Assembly: GCA_918234285.1 (NCBI GenBank)
Contig: CAKJXZ020000014.1
Location: forward strand, 1 to 64,000
Direction of reading: 5' to 3'
Origin: Pseudomonadota bacterium
GTDB lineage: Bacteria; Pseudomonadota; Alphaproteobacteria; RF32; CAG-239
DNA: 64,000 nucleotides
The notes under the pieces are model-generated. The model was given only the letters and a program-made list of their open reading frames with translations, was not told where the DNA came from and did not search any database. The translations under genes were made by a program, and so were the position numbers. Positions 19,738 to 30,239 of this stretch are shown one piece after another. How positions within the stretch are numbered: position 1 is the stretch's first letter; each line of letters begins with the position of its first letter.

Positions 19738-22176
19738 ATGGCTATTACAAAATTAAATTCTAACCAACTTTATCGCAAGTGTGATACTTCGCAATTCGGT
19801 TTCAGTACCACGGCAGATTTGGCCGAGCGTCTTTCCGCCTTGGGACAAGACAGAGCCATCAGTGCCGTTGAATTGGGGATACATATTCGTTCACGCGGAT
19901 ACAATCTGTTTTGCCTCGGACCGGAGGGAACGGGTAAAACCAGTCTGGTTAAGAGAATTTTGGAAAAAGAGGCAAAAAAGCGCAAAACGCCTGATGATTG
20001 GGCTTATATATATAATTTTGAGGAGCCGTATAAGCCGAAAGCCATTCGTTTTCCGGCCGGATGTGCCGGCGAGTTTGCCAAAGATGTCGATGATTTGTTG
20101 GACGAACTTTCATCGTCGTTGACGGTTTTGGTGGAATCTGATGAATATAAGGCGGCATTGGGAATTATAAAGCAAAAATATAAGTCAAAACGCGAAGATT
20201 ATATCAACATTTTGCAAAAGAAGGCCAAAGGCAAGCGCGTGTCGTTATTGCATATGCAAATGGGTTTGGTGGTCGCGCCGATGAAGGACGGCGAAGTGCT
20301 GAGCCCGGATGTTTTCGACCAACTCCCGGATGATGAAAAAAAGCTGATTATGGATGATTTGAATGCCATGCAGGAAGAAATTGAGAATGCAACGCAGGAT
20401 TTACCGAAATGGGAAGAAAAGCAAAAGGACGAAATAGATGCTCTGCGTCTCAGATTTGCCAAGGTGGCGGTTAAAGAACCGATTGATGAGTTGCGCAAAA
20501 AATATAAAGGACTTTCGCAAGCAACAAAATTTTTGAAATCCATTCAAGATCATATTCTGGATAATGTCGACGATTTTGTGCCGGAAGATAAAGAGAAGAA
20601 TCTGATATCCGGTAATAACGAAGATGAGCCGCTGCAAATGTTGCTAAGCCGGATGAAACAGCCGGAAGATGACAAATTTGCCAAGCTCAAAGTCAACGTT
20701 ATCGTTAAAAACACACCGGATTCCGGAGCGCCGATTATTACGCTCGACCATCCGACACAAGGGAATTTGGTCGGTAAGGTTGAAAGAATACAACAATACG
20801 GTGCGTTGTTGACCGACTTTACCTTGATTAAGGCCGGAGCTTTGCACAGCGCCAACGGCGGTTTTCTGCTTTTGGATGCGCGCAAGGTTTTGGAACAACC
20901 GTTTGCCTGGGATTCATTAAAACGGGCGATTGCCTCCAAACGCATTAAAATCGAGGCTCCGAGTGAAGATACCAGTTTTACGACGATTTCGCTCGATCCG
21001 GAACCGATACCGCTCAGTATCAAGATTGTGCTGACCGGCGATTTTGAAATTTATGACCTGTTGTGCGAGCGTGATCCGGACTTCAGGGATTTCTTTAAAG
21101 TCGAGGCCGATTTTGGTACGATTATGGATCGCACACCGGAAAATGAGGTAGAATATGCCAAGCTCATCGGCTCGCTTTCGCAAAAGAAAGGTCTGCGCTC
21201 GCTGAATAAGCAGGCGGTGGCCCGTGTGATTGAACACGCGTCGCGTTTGGCCGATGATGCCAATAAACTTACGGCTCACATTTCATCCATCGGTGATTTG
21301 TTGCGAGAAGCCGATTATTGGGCGCGCAAGTCCAATTCCAAGCAAATCGGCAAAAATCATATTGACCAGGCAATCGACGCGCAGATTTACCGCTCCGACC
21401 GGGTGAAGAAAGCCATGCTTGAAGAAATCGACAAGGGAACGATTTTGATGGATGTTGTTGGCGAAAGAGTAGGTCAAATCAACGGTTTGGTAGTATATGA
21501 CTTTTCGAATTATACCTTTGGTAAGCCGGCTCGAATCACCACGCAAGTGCGGATGGGTAAGGGCGATTTTGTGAATATCGAGCGCGAAGTGTTGATGAGC
21601 GGCCCGATACACAGCAAAGGTGTCTTGATTTTGAAATCGCTGATAGCCAATCGTTTTGCCAAGCATTCGCCGCTTTCGCTTTCCGCATCAATAGTGTTTG
21701 AACAGTCTTACGGCGGGGTAGACGGCGACAGCGCTTCGTCAACCGAATACTATTGTATGGTTTCGGCGATTGCCGAGTTGCCGATTAAGCAGAGTATTGC
21801 CGTGACCGGTTCCATTAATCAGTTCGGTGAAATTCAGCCGATTGGCGGGGTAAACGAAAAAATCGAAGGTTTCTTCGACGTGTGTGCCTATAAGGGGTTG
21901 ACCGGTAATCAGGGAGTGATTATTCCGCGGACCAATGTTGATAATTTGATGTTGAGAGCCGATATTTTGCAGGCGGTGGAAGAAGGTAAATTTACGATTT
22001 ATGCCATCGACACGGTTGATGACGGTATCGAGATTTTGACCGGCAAAAAGGCCGGAAAGCCTAATGCCAAAGGCGAGTACCCGAAGAATACGGTAAATTA
22101 TATGGTGCAACAAAGCCTTAAAGAATATTACCGCGATTATGTGCATTATGCCAAAGAAACCAACGGCTGCCTGTAA
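19738..22176 (+). CDS. Lon-like (peptidase S16) AAA protease
   Basis: LGQDRA, GPEGTGKT, GALHSANGGFL, VDGDSAS, IGGVNEKIEGF (Ser-Lys dyad). Confidence 0.9.
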   Translation: MAITKLNSNQLYRKCDTSQFGFSTTADLAERLSALGQDRAISAVELGIHIRSRGYNLFCLGPEGTGKTSLVKRILEKEAKKRKTPDDWAYIYNFEEPYKPKAIRFPAGCAGEFAKDVDDLLDELSSSLTVLVESDEYKAALGIIKQKYKSKREDYINILQKKAKGKRVSLLHMQMGLVVAPMKDGEVLSPDVFDQLPDDEKKLIMDDLNAMQEEIENATQDLPKWEEKQKDEIDALRLRFAKVAVKEPIDELRKKYKGLSQATKFLKSIQDHILDNVDDFVPEDKEKNLISGNNEDEPLQMLLSRMKQPEDDKFAKLKVNVIVKNTPDSGAPIITLDHPTQGNLVGKVERIQQYGALLTDFTLIKAGALHSANGGFLLLDARKVLEQPFAWDSLKRAIASKRIKIEAPSEDTSFTTISLDPEPIPLSIKIVLTGDFEIYDLLCERDPDFRDFFKVEADFGTIMDRTPENEVEYAKLIGSLSQKKGLRSLNKQAVARVIEHASRLADDANKLTAHISSIGDLLREADYWARKSNSKQIGKNHIDQAIDAQIYRSDRVKKAMLEEIDKGTILMDVVGERVGQINGLVVYDFSNYTFGKPARITTQVRMGKGDFVNIEREVLMSGPIHSKGVLILKSLIANRFAKHSPLSLSASIVFEQSYGGVDGDSASSTEYYCMVSAIAELPIKQSIAVTGSINQFGEIQPIGGVNEKIEGFFDVCAYKGLTGNQGVIIPRTNVDNLMLRADILQAVEEGKFTIYAIDTVDDGIEILTGKKAGKPNAKGEYPKNTVNYMVQQSLKEYYRDYVHYAKETNGCL

Positions 22177-22197
22177 TTAAACCTTGCAATCCGAAAT

Positions 22198-22246
22198 AAA
22201 CACAAAGCACCTGAATACAATTTTCGGGTGCTCTGTGTTTGATTTT
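22198..22246 (+). terminator. Intrinsic terminator
   Basis: aaacacaaagcacc...ggtgctctgtgttt. Confidence 0.65.
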
Positions 22247-22353
22247 TCGCATAAAATAAAAAGTTGTGAATCATTTGCTTAAAGTGGTTTTGTTTTTGTC
22301 CGCTTGGCATTATATATTAGTCAATCGTTTAATTTAACTAAAGGGAAGGAAAA

Positions 22354-22644
22354 ATGAAAACTGTTACGCGTGTGAGCATTACCGAAGCCATTTATGAAGA
22401 AATCGGATTATCTCGTAAAGACTCCGGCGATGTTTTGGATATGATTATCGAAGAAATTAAGTCGGAATTGGCTAAAGGTAATGATGTCAAAATTTCTTCG
22501 TTCGGCACTTTTGCATTGCGCAAGAAAAATGCGCGAATCGGCCGTAATCCAAAAACCGGAGTTGAGGCCGCGATTACTCCGCGCACCGTGATTTCGTTTA
22601 AGCCTTCACAAATTTTAAGAAAGGCTGTCAGCGGCGTAAAATAG
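22354..22644 (+). CDS. ihfA: Integration host factor subunit alpha
   Basis: VKISSFGTF, RIGRNPKTG, ITPRTVISFKPS; followed by a MerR gene as in alphaproteobacteria. Confidence 0.92.
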   Translation: MKTVTRVSITEAIYEEIGLSRKDSGDVLDMIIEEIKSELAKGNDVKISSFGTFALRKKNARIGRNPKTGVEAAITPRTVISFKPSQILRKAVSGVK

Positions 22645-22669
22645 CCGTTTTTGCCGAGGAGGCTGAATT

Positions 22670-23116
22670 ATGATGATTAATAAGTCTAAATCCGCATTTA
22701 AAACCATTGCCGAAGTGGCAGATGAACTTGGTGTGGCAACCCACGTTTTGCGCTTTTGGGAAACTAAATTCAGCCAGATAAAGCCAATGAAAACCGGCGG
22801 CGGAAGGCGTTATTATCGTCCGGATGACGTGGAAATCATCAAGCTGATTAAAAGTTTGCTTTATAACAATCGCTATACAATCGAGGGGGCGCAGCAACTG
22901 ATTAAAACTAAGGGGCTGAAGGCGTTGCTCGGCGAAGAAGAAATTCAAAAAGATTTCTTTGAGACACAGGCGGAAAGAACCGCCGAACCAGCGGTAGCGC
23001 CGGCAGCACCGGCAACGGTTTTGGTGCGGCAGGAACTCAGTAAAGAGGCGATTGAAAGTATTTCCGGTGCGGTTAGCACCTTAAAAAACCTACGTATGAA
23101 GTTGACAAATTTATAA
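22670..23116 (+). CDS. MerR family transcriptional regulator
   Basis: [13 protein letters not shown]...[10 protein letters not shown]...RRYY...YTIEGA. Confidence 0.9.
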   Translation: MMINKSKSAFKTIAEVADELGVATHVLRFWETKFSQIKPMKTGGGRRYYRPDDVEIIKLIKSLLYNNRYTIEGAQQLIKTKGLKALLGEEEIQKDFFETQAERTAEPAVAPAAPATVLVRQELSKEAIESISGAVSTLKNLRMKLTNL

Positions 23117-23352
23117 CGGCTTAATTAATTGCGGCGGAGATTAAACATCTCCGCTTTTTTTATGTTGAAATTGTGTATCCGACGCGGTTTTACAGTTTTT
23201 GTCTTTCGCGTAAAAATCGGCGCAGTTAATAAAAAATGTAAAAAAATAAAAATTTTTCTTGATTTTTGACAAAATAAGCGTATACTGGCAACAGTTAAGC
23301 AATAATCATGTCTATAATTTAGAAAAACTCACAAACACAAATACAAAAAAGT

Positions 23353-23772
23353 ATGAGAAAAATTGTTTTAGGTCTTGTCGGCCTCGCACTGACAATGTCA
23401 GTTGTTTCCTGCCAGAAAGCAGATGATGAGTTGGGTACCCCAAAGGTTGAAATCAAAACCCCGGAAAAGTTTGTCGGCAGAGGCGATTATCCGGTGGAGA
23501 TTATCAGCCAGAATTTCAGGTATGGCAAGGCCGGTTGCACGGGTGTGGTTGAAACAAACTACTGCACGTTTCCGGTTGGCTTCGACTGCGATGCAAAATC
23601 TACAAGAGTTCGCATTGAGGAAGAGGCGATTATGATTGATCCCTTCTTTGTTCAGGGCGGATATGTCGTAGTTGAAGCTCTCTCTGCCGAGGAGAAGGTG
23701 CTTGATTCCCGACGGGTATGGTTCGATATCATCGATACCGACGAAAAACTCCACTCTTGGGGCGGAAGGTGA
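23353..23772 (+). CDS. Hypothetical lipoprotein
   Basis: MRK plus hydrophobic stretch plus VVSC lipobox-like site; own promoter and terminator (23799-23838). Confidence 0.7.
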   Translation: MRKIVLGLVGLALTMSVVSCQKADDELGTPKVEIKTPEKFVGRGDYPVEIISQNFRYGKAGCTGVVETNYCTFPVGFDCDAKSTRVRIEEEAIMIDPFFVQGGYVVVEALSAEEKVLDSRRVWFDIIDTDEKLHSWGGR

Positions 23773-23924
23773 AAGTGAAATTTTTTTTGAGTGAGAATAA
23801 AAACATCCGACGGGTAAAACCGATGGATGTTTTTGTTTTTACGATGTTTTTTTGAATATTATGGTGAGTGTTTTCGGGGCTTTTAAAAAAGTTCGTAATT
23901 TTACGATTATTTTTGTCATTCCTG

Positions 23925-23953
23925 TTGACAAAACGCTTTTATTATGATAAAGT
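23925..23953 (+). promoter_or_regulatory. Sigma70-type promoter of the AAA/vWA operon
   Basis: TTGACA-N17-TAAAGT with TG extension. Confidence 0.6.
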
Positions 23954-24013
23954 GACACATAGATATATTTATATATTGAAAATTGGACGAAAATAGTTGA
24001 GAAAGGTAATAAA

Positions 24014-26716
24014 ATGGCTAAAAACTATGCTTATATCGGTTCCGAGAATTGTCCTATTCCGTACATGAACGATGACGGACAATTAGTACTTCTGCGTGAT
24101 GACAATACTTATATCCGTCTGCCGGTTATGTATGACGGCACTCCTGAAGACGTTCAGGCTAAGGTGCTGGGTAAAATGATGCGAAATTTTCCGGTCAGAA
24201 GCAGAATTAATGACTTTGTAGAAAACTTGCGTCGCCGCAGCGACAATATCGACGTCAATATTGAAAGCAGCAATATCTTTGCCCATCGTCGTCGCGCCAA
24301 ATTTATCAAAGGTGAGCCTGGACGCGGTAAAACGCACGATTTGAAAACCCTTTGCAAAATGGTGGATCCGCAAGGGGGTATTTACGTTAACTGTAAAGAT
24401 CGCGACTTGAAAACCTTGATTGTGCAGACTGTTTTGGATACGTCAAATATTGATGTTGAAAAAAATGCCATTGATGCCCGTATCAAAATGTATAACAAGG
24501 GCGATAAAAGCGCTTTATCCGCTGAAGGTATTTCACTTTTGAAAACCATGTTCGATGATGCTTTTACTATTGATGAAAGCGGTAAAATTTCGCTTGATTG
24601 GAACGGTGCACGCGGCAATACATCTTTGGATTCCGCCGACAGGGATAAAGAATTCGTAAGTTTGCTACAGCAGTTCTGCAAACGTGAAAATATCGACTAT
24701 TCGTACAATATCAACAGCGTCGGCTTTGTGGAAAAAGACGGCGAGTTATTACAAGCGCTTGAAAGCGGCCGTCCGATTATCTTAGATGAAATCAACCGCG
24801 GTAAAAACCAAGACTTCCTGTTGCCGTATTTGGACTTTTTGAACGGCAGTTACGAGGATATAAAAATTGTCGGTGCCAACGGCAGAGAAGTACACCTTTC
24901 CAAGGAAGATTTACCGGATACCTTTATGTTGGAAGCCACCGGTAACCCTGAAACCGCGGAAATGGGTATTAAAGAAAAAATGAGCGAGCCGTTGCGCGAT
25001 CGTTTTGATATTTCCGAAATGGCCGATTTTAATCCGAAAGATTTTACGGATATGTATTGCTCTTTGATGACCGGTGTTCCGGTTTCCATCATCAGAGATG
25101 CTTATCAGCTTGAAAATGAGGAAGACTTATCCAATGTTTGTAAGTTTTTGCGCACCGTGGGTTTGAGCAAAAAAGAAGTAGATGCAATTCCGCCGGAGCA
25201 AATGATATATCTGGACAACGTGGGAATGTTTTTGGAAACGGCAGAATGTATCGGTAAGGCTCTGTATGAGATTTATCAGTACAAAAAGGACACGGTAATC
25301 AGCTCCAAAACCGGTGTATATTGCGAAGACCAGGTATTGCGTAAACACATCCAGGACGAACCGTACAGCTTCCGTATTTTGGAAGATATTTGCAATCGTG
25401 CTCGGACCTATATTCCGCAACGCGCCGGCAAATCGTCCAATAACCCGTTCTTGAACTATTCATTCGCCAAGCCGTCCGGAAGCAATACCCTGCAAATGCG
25501 CTTGCGCAACCAGGGCGAAGGCTGGGAAAAGGCTATTATTGGCGCGGTTAAAGAAGTGTTCAGTTGCAAGGGAATGAATCCGGAATTGGGCGGACAGGTT
25601 TTAGGTATTGCCAATCAAATTCTGGGACGTAACGGTATCGGCGACGAAGAAAAGCTGATGGAGGCCAGAGCGCTCGACATGCCGCGTTTGAAAGATATGT
25701 TTGATTTTCCGATTCCGGGTGAAAAGAGTACCAAGAAGGCAAGTCAGGAAGCTCTGCGCATTCAGGAAATGATTTGCAAAATGGTTCGCGAAAGATATCC
25801 TTCCAACGAATCCAAGAGCAATGATGAAATTGTCGATCCTTTCGTAATTGAAGGTGTTTTGACAACCGTCAGAGAAAATCCGTTGGATCAGCATGCTTTG
25901 CTCGGAAAAGCCATTTTGGTTAACAATGCCGAAGAAACCAACAACCAAATGCCGTTCATCAAAAACGCGGCGGTGGTGGAAACGCTCGGTACCGCTTCGC
26001 TGGTAGAAACCAAGCATTTGGCAGATGTCGATGCATTTTTGACCACGTTGACCATCGATGGCCTGTCTGAAAGCAATTTAGGCACGATTTGGCCGAGTAT
26101 TTATTCCATGGACAGAAGTAAAGAGGAACCTCTGGAAATTCTTTCCGGACGCCACAGCAAAATAGCATACAACTCGTTTATATTGAAAGATGCTCAAGAT
26201 AATCCGATTGCGCTTGATATAGTTCACGTTAAAATGCCTGACGGACAGAAGGCCGGCGAACCTCATACGCTGATTGTCGGCGAGAAGATTTCTCCGGTGA
26301 TGGCATTCCGTCTGAAACAAAACGGTATTACCTATATCGACCGAAACGGCGGAGATGTGGCAGAAAGCGAAGACTCCGGCAAAAAACAGAGCGTGGAAAA
26401 GAGAATCAGAGAATGGATAAACAAAGCCGAAGTAAATGCCAATGACGATACTCTGGAAGTTTTGCTGACTGGAGCTGTTGATGAAAAATTCGATATTTCC
26501 AGCGTTGGTAATGTACAAAGTCTGTTTAAGTCCGGTCTGGAAAGCCGCAATATGGATAATATGGCACAAATGACCACGTTTACGACTTCGGAACTCGATC
26601 GCGGGGTTGATAAGGCCGAGGCCTTTATTGACGGAGACGGCTCCAGAGTAAGCGAAGAAACCGCTAAGGTATATCAGGTTTTCGCCAATTTGGAAGATAG
26701 AAGTAACGATTATTGA
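24014..26716 (+). CDS. MoxR/dynein-related AAA+ ATPase with long unknown C-terminal region
   Basis: Walker A GEPGRGKT, Walker B IILDEINR, sensor-1 ATGNP, Arg finger PLRDRF. Confidence 0.82.
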   Translation: MAKNYAYIGSENCPIPYMNDDGQLVLLRDDNTYIRLPVMYDGTPEDVQAKVLGKMMRNFPVRSRINDFVENLRRRSDNIDVNIESSNIFAHRRRAKFIKGEPGRGKTHDLKTLCKMVDPQGGIYVNCKDRDLKTLIVQTVLDTSNIDVEKNAIDARIKMYNKGDKSALSAEGISLLKTMFDDAFTIDESGKISLDWNGARGNTSLDSADRDKEFVSLLQQFCKRENIDYSYNINSVGFVEKDGELLQALESGRPIILDEINRGKNQDFLLPYLDFLNGSYEDIKIVGANGREVHLSKEDLPDTFMLEATGNPETAEMGIKEKMSEPLRDRFDISEMADFNPKDFTDMYCSLMTGVPVSIIRDAYQLENEEDLSNVCKFLRTVGLSKKEVDAIPPEQMIYLDNVGMFLETAECIGKALYEIYQYKKDTVISSKTGVYCEDQVLRKHIQDEPYSFRILEDICNRARTYIPQRAGKSSNNPFLNYSFAKPSGSNTLQMRLRNQGEGWEKAIIGAVKEVFSCKGMNPELGGQVLGIANQILGRNGIGDEEKLMEARALDMPRLKDMFDFPIPGEKSTKKASQEALRIQEMICKMVRERYPSNESKSNDEIVDPFVIEGVLTTVRENPLDQHALLGKAILVNNAEETNNQMPFIKNAAVVETLGTASLVETKHLADVDAFLTTLTIDGLSESNLGTIWPSIYSMDRSKEEPLEILSGRHSKIAYNSFILKDAQDNPIALDIVHVKMPDGQKAGEPHTLIVGEKISPVMAFRLKQNGITYIDRNGGDVAESEDSGKKQSVEKRIREWINKAEVNANDDTLEVLLTGAVDEKFDISSVGNVQSLFKSGLESRNMDNMAQMTTFTTSELDRGVDKAEAFIDGDGSRVSEETAKVYQVFANLEDRSNDY

Positions 26717-26796
26717 TGCAAACAAAATCGGTATCAGCGGAACAACGCTGATACCGACGTGATTTTCAATAATTTGGAACAGAGAGGTAAGGAATA

Positions 26797-27102
26797 ATGA
26801 AAAAAGATAAAAAATTGGATATAATTTCCAGCGAGATGTTTTTGAAACAAATTTTATCCGGTCCGTATGAAACCGTCGGTACCTGTCGGGTGTTCAGTAT
26901 TGACCGCGAAGCGGATATCAAAGAAGCGGCTCGTTCCGACAAAGTTGCCGTATGTGCCGATATTGCCGCATTTAAGCAAAATTTGGGAAGCGATAATGTT
27001 CCGAATGTTATGATTTCACAACATTTGTTGAATAAGACATTGTTGACACAGTTGGCAGAAGCATCTTCGGCCGAAAAAAATATTATATGGATTAACGACT
27101 GA
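26797..27102 (+). CDS. Hypothetical protein
   Basis: 101-aa ORF with AAGGA SD, co-oriented within the operon. Confidence 0.6.
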   Translation: MKKDKKLDIISSEMFLKQILSGPYETVGTCRVFSIDREADIKEAARSDKVAVCADIAAFKQNLGSDNVPNVMISQHLLNKTLLTQLAEASSAEKNIIWIND

Positions 27103-27119
27103 TAACCAGGAGTAGTGGC

Positions 27120-30100
27120 ATGGATAACGCCTATAAATCTGCTGATGAAATTATGCATAAACCGTTTGCACCTTTGCGTATGGAGACGAGTGAAAAGTTT
27201 TTTGCGCAAAAGCTGACGATGACAGATTTCACCGAATTGAGCACCAGAATGTTGCAAGCCGCACAACTTATTCCGGATATTTCCGTATCGAATCTCGGTA
27301 TTGAAATCAAAAAGGCTTATGAGTTTTTGAAGACCGGTAAGTGTGAGGAATATCCGGATATTAAGGATCCGGCACAACAATATGTTTGGGGTATGGCACT
27401 GGCCTGTTCCGAATGCGACCCGCAAATTCGCGCCCGCTGGCAGGAACCGGAAAAACATCAGCCGATTTATAAACTGGAAGTCTGGGATAAATTAAAACGC
27501 AGCGCACCGGCAATCAGTGAGTTGCGGCGTCATGCTTTTATGGTCACGGAAATGCCGTTCTTGAAAGAAGATGTCGAACTTAAATGGGGTGCTTGCAACT
27601 ATCCGAACGTGGGTTTTTATTTTGACCCGCAAAACAATATGATTAATCTGGATTTGGTGTGGGCGCTTATCGGCGGTTTCGAACATTCGCGTGCGGCTCA
27701 ATTACATGAAATCGGACACAGCCGCGGTACTTTGAAATTTACGCGCAAGCTCAATGAGTTGAAAAAAACGTATGACGAGCTCAACGAAAAGGCGCGCAAG
27801 CGTACCATTACCAAGGAAGAATATAAGAAACTTAAGAGTGTGGCGCGCGAATATCAATTTCGTTTTTCCATTTTTGATGAGGCGGAAAACAGCTATGCCA
27901 ATCGGTTTGCGGTAAATGCTTTCGATTACGGTATGGTGCGTCAAGATGTCGGTTATGACTTGAACTCAATTGAAACTCAGCTGTTCAGCGTCGGCTCTGA
28001 TATTTTAGCAAATCGTAAGGAGCCTAAGTTACCGCAAGATACTCCGGCCAATCGTGCTTATAACTTTAAGCGGGCATTGCGTTTATCTTTCCATGTCAAT
28101 AATGACATTATTGAGGACAACGTAAAAGGCTGGCAGGATTTGGGTGTCAATGTCGACTGGATAGAATATACCGATGATAACGGTAAGGAAATTAAGGGCG
28201 TCGAGGCGCTGAAAAAATTGCGCGAAATGGCGACCCGTCTGGAGAAATTGCAGTTAAGCGAACGCGACTATCATAAGCCGCAAAAGCAGATTATTAAACT
28301 GTTTGAAGAATATTCGCAAAAAAGATGCGATGTGATTGATGAAATATTCGAGCGTTTTGCCAAGAGATATTATGACCAGACCAAAGAACAGGAACGCGAG
28401 GACGGAAAGCAACAGGGGCCAAACGGTAGAGATGGACAAGGTGGTCAACCGGGCGGACAAGGTGGTCAATCGGGTGGACAAAGCCAAGGCGGACAGGGCG
28501 GTCAACCGGGCGGACAAGGCCAAGGCGGGCAAGAGCCGAATGAAAACGAAAATGATTCGCATCAGGGCAAAGATAATTCCGGTGATAAAAATGATTTGCC
28601 GGGAACCGACCAAGAAGACAATAAAGTTAATGAAGACGGAGCCGGCGGCGATGGCGACGAGAAGGATAAATCCGGAAAAGGCGGCGATGGCGACGAGAAG
28701 GATAAGTCCGGAAAAGGCGGCGATGGCGACGAGAAGGATAAATCCGGAAAAGACGGCGAAGGCGACGAGAAGGATAAATCCGGAAAAGACGGCGAAGGCG
28801 ACGAGAAGGATAAGTCCGGAAAAGGCGGCGAAGGCGACGAAAAAGGCAAGGGTCAAAAGTCGGGTAAGGATCATGACGATTTGCCGGGTGTCGGCGAAGG
28901 CGATGACAGAAGCGGCGAAGACGCACAGAATAACAAAGGCAAGAAAAAGTCCAAACCGCGCGCCGGCAGTGACGAAGAAAGAGCAGAATTTGTGGATAGT
29001 TTCGACCAAAAAATTTCCGATGAAGATCTGACACCGGAGAATATGGTGCCGCTGGAAGATTTGCCGGAAACTCCGGAAGAGCTGTATAAGCAGTTGATTG
29101 AGGCCATAATGGATGGCATTAATGACGGCGAGGGTATGGACGCCACGGATATTATTCGTATGTCGCCGGAAGAAGAACAGGAAAACTGCGAAAAAGAATA
29201 TTCCGAAGACAACAGCGACCATAAGCGGCAGGAATCTTCCAAGCATAAAAAAGTTAAAAGCGACACTGCTGCCGTATCGTACGAGTTGCCGAAGAAACTG
29301 CTGAAAGAAAACGAATATCAGAAGATTATCGGCAAGCATCAGGGAACTATCGAAAAATTGCGCAATAAGTTTATTGAGCTGCAAAACAAATATTATGACT
29401 ATGTTCCGGATCAGGATGTTTTGGCCAGCATTCCGGATGCCGGCGATTTACGGGTAGATATTCCGTCATATATCGAGCGGCTCAAGAAGCAGGCTATGGG
29501 TGAAGAACTGAAAGAAAAGGATTTCGAAAACTATATCATCAGCTCCGAAGCCAGAGAAGAAACCAAAGCGCCGATAGATGTTGTTATCTTGATTGATAAC
29601 TCCGGCTCGATGACATATGATAATATGGATAAGACGGCGATTGAAATCGGTTGCTGTTTGTTCCAGGCAACGCGCGATAATCCGGCATTTAACGTATATG
29701 TCGAGATGATGCATAATCCGGTCACGTGGATTGCCAAACCGGGCGAGAACAGCATAGAAATTTCGCAGCGCTTAGCCACTGTTATGCACAGTGAATGGTA
29801 CGGTGACGATAAAATCGGTGCGTGTATTGAAGATACCATCAAAGAGGTGAGCAAGCGTGACCCTGCCTCCAGCCACGAGGGTATGATAAACTTCTTTATG
29901 ATTACCGACGGCGGACATACCGATGGCGGAAGCTCCTTTGAACTGGTGGATAACATTGTTAAGAGTGATTTGCCGATTACGTTTAACTGGGTACTGACCG
30001 AATCGTTCGCAGAAAGCTATGTTGAGGATCTGATTAATGCACATCGTACCGGTACCGGAGGCAAGCGCATTGACTATGTTGAACATGTGGACGGTGACAA

Positions 30101-30239
30101 CGTTTTGGAAAAACTGGTACCGATGATTGAAAAGCGGGTGGAAGATGCCATGCATATTTCGGCGCAGAAAACCAGCGATAAAAAAATGGATTTGAATACT
30201 TTTATAGAAAAGAAAGGACGCGGTGATTACGATGGTTAA
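27120..30239 (+). CDS. HExxH metallopeptidase-like domain, acidic/Gly-rich linker and vWA (MIDAS) domain protein
   Basis: QLHEIGHS with downstream E; DVVILIDNSGSM and ITDG MIDAS motifs; GQGGQ and GDEKDKSGK low-complexity linker. Confidence 0.82.
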   Translation: MDNAYKSADEIMHKPFAPLRMETSEKFFAQKLTMTDFTELSTRMLQAAQLIPDISVSNLGIEIKKAYEFLKTGKCEEYPDIKDPAQQYVWGMALACSECDPQIRARWQEPEKHQPIYKLEVWDKLKRSAPAISELRRHAFMVTEMPFLKEDVELKWGACNYPNVGFYFDPQNNMINLDLVWALIGGFEHSRAAQLHEIGHSRGTLKFTRKLNELKKTYDELNEKARKRTITKEEYKKLKSVAREYQFRFSIFDEAENSYANRFAVNAFDYGMVRQDVGYDLNSIETQLFSVGSDILANRKEPKLPQDTPANRAYNFKRALRLSFHVNNDIIEDNVKGWQDLGVNVDWIEYTDDNGKEIKGVEALKKLREMATRLEKLQLSERDYHKPQKQIIKLFEEYSQKRCDVIDEIFERFAKRYYDQTKEQEREDGKQQGPNGRDGQGGQPGGQGGQSGGQSQGGQGGQPGGQGQGGQEPNENENDSHQGKDNSGDKNDLPGTDQEDNKVNEDGAGGDGDEKDKSGKGGDGDEKDKSGKGGDGDEKDKSGKDGEGDEKDKSGKDGEGDEKDKSGKGGEGDEKGKGQKSGKDHDDLPGVGEGDDRSGEDAQNNKGKKKSKPRAGSDEERAEFVDSFDQKISDEDLTPENMVPLEDLPETPEELYKQLIEAIMDGINDGEGMDATDIIRMSPEEEQENCEKEYSEDNSDHKRQESSKHKKVKSDTAAVSYELPKKLLKENEYQKIIGKHQGTIEKLRNKFIELQNKYYDYVPDQDVLASIPDAGDLRVDIPSYIERLKKQAMGEELKEKDFENYIISSEAREETKAPIDVVILIDNSGSMTYDNMDKTAIEIGCCLFQATRDNPAFNVYVEMMHNPVTWIAKPGENSIEISQRLATVMHSEWYGDDKIGACIEDTIKEVSKRDPASSHEGMINFFMITDGGHTDGGSSFELVDNIVKSDLPITFNWVLTESFAESYVEDLINAHRTGTGGKRIDYVEHVDGDNVLEKLVPMIEKRVEDAMHISAQKTSDKKMDLNTFIEKKGRGDYDG
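28644..28845 (+). repeat. 36-bp coding tandem repeat, about 5.5 copies (GGDGDEKDKSGK)
   Basis: ggcggcgatggcgacgagaaggataaatccggaaaa repeated in frame with few substitutions. Confidence 0.92.

Noticed and set aside
28644-28845. 36-bp repeats as a CRISPR array
   Set aside because: The units are head to tail with no spacers, are in frame within a CDS, and no cas genes are present.
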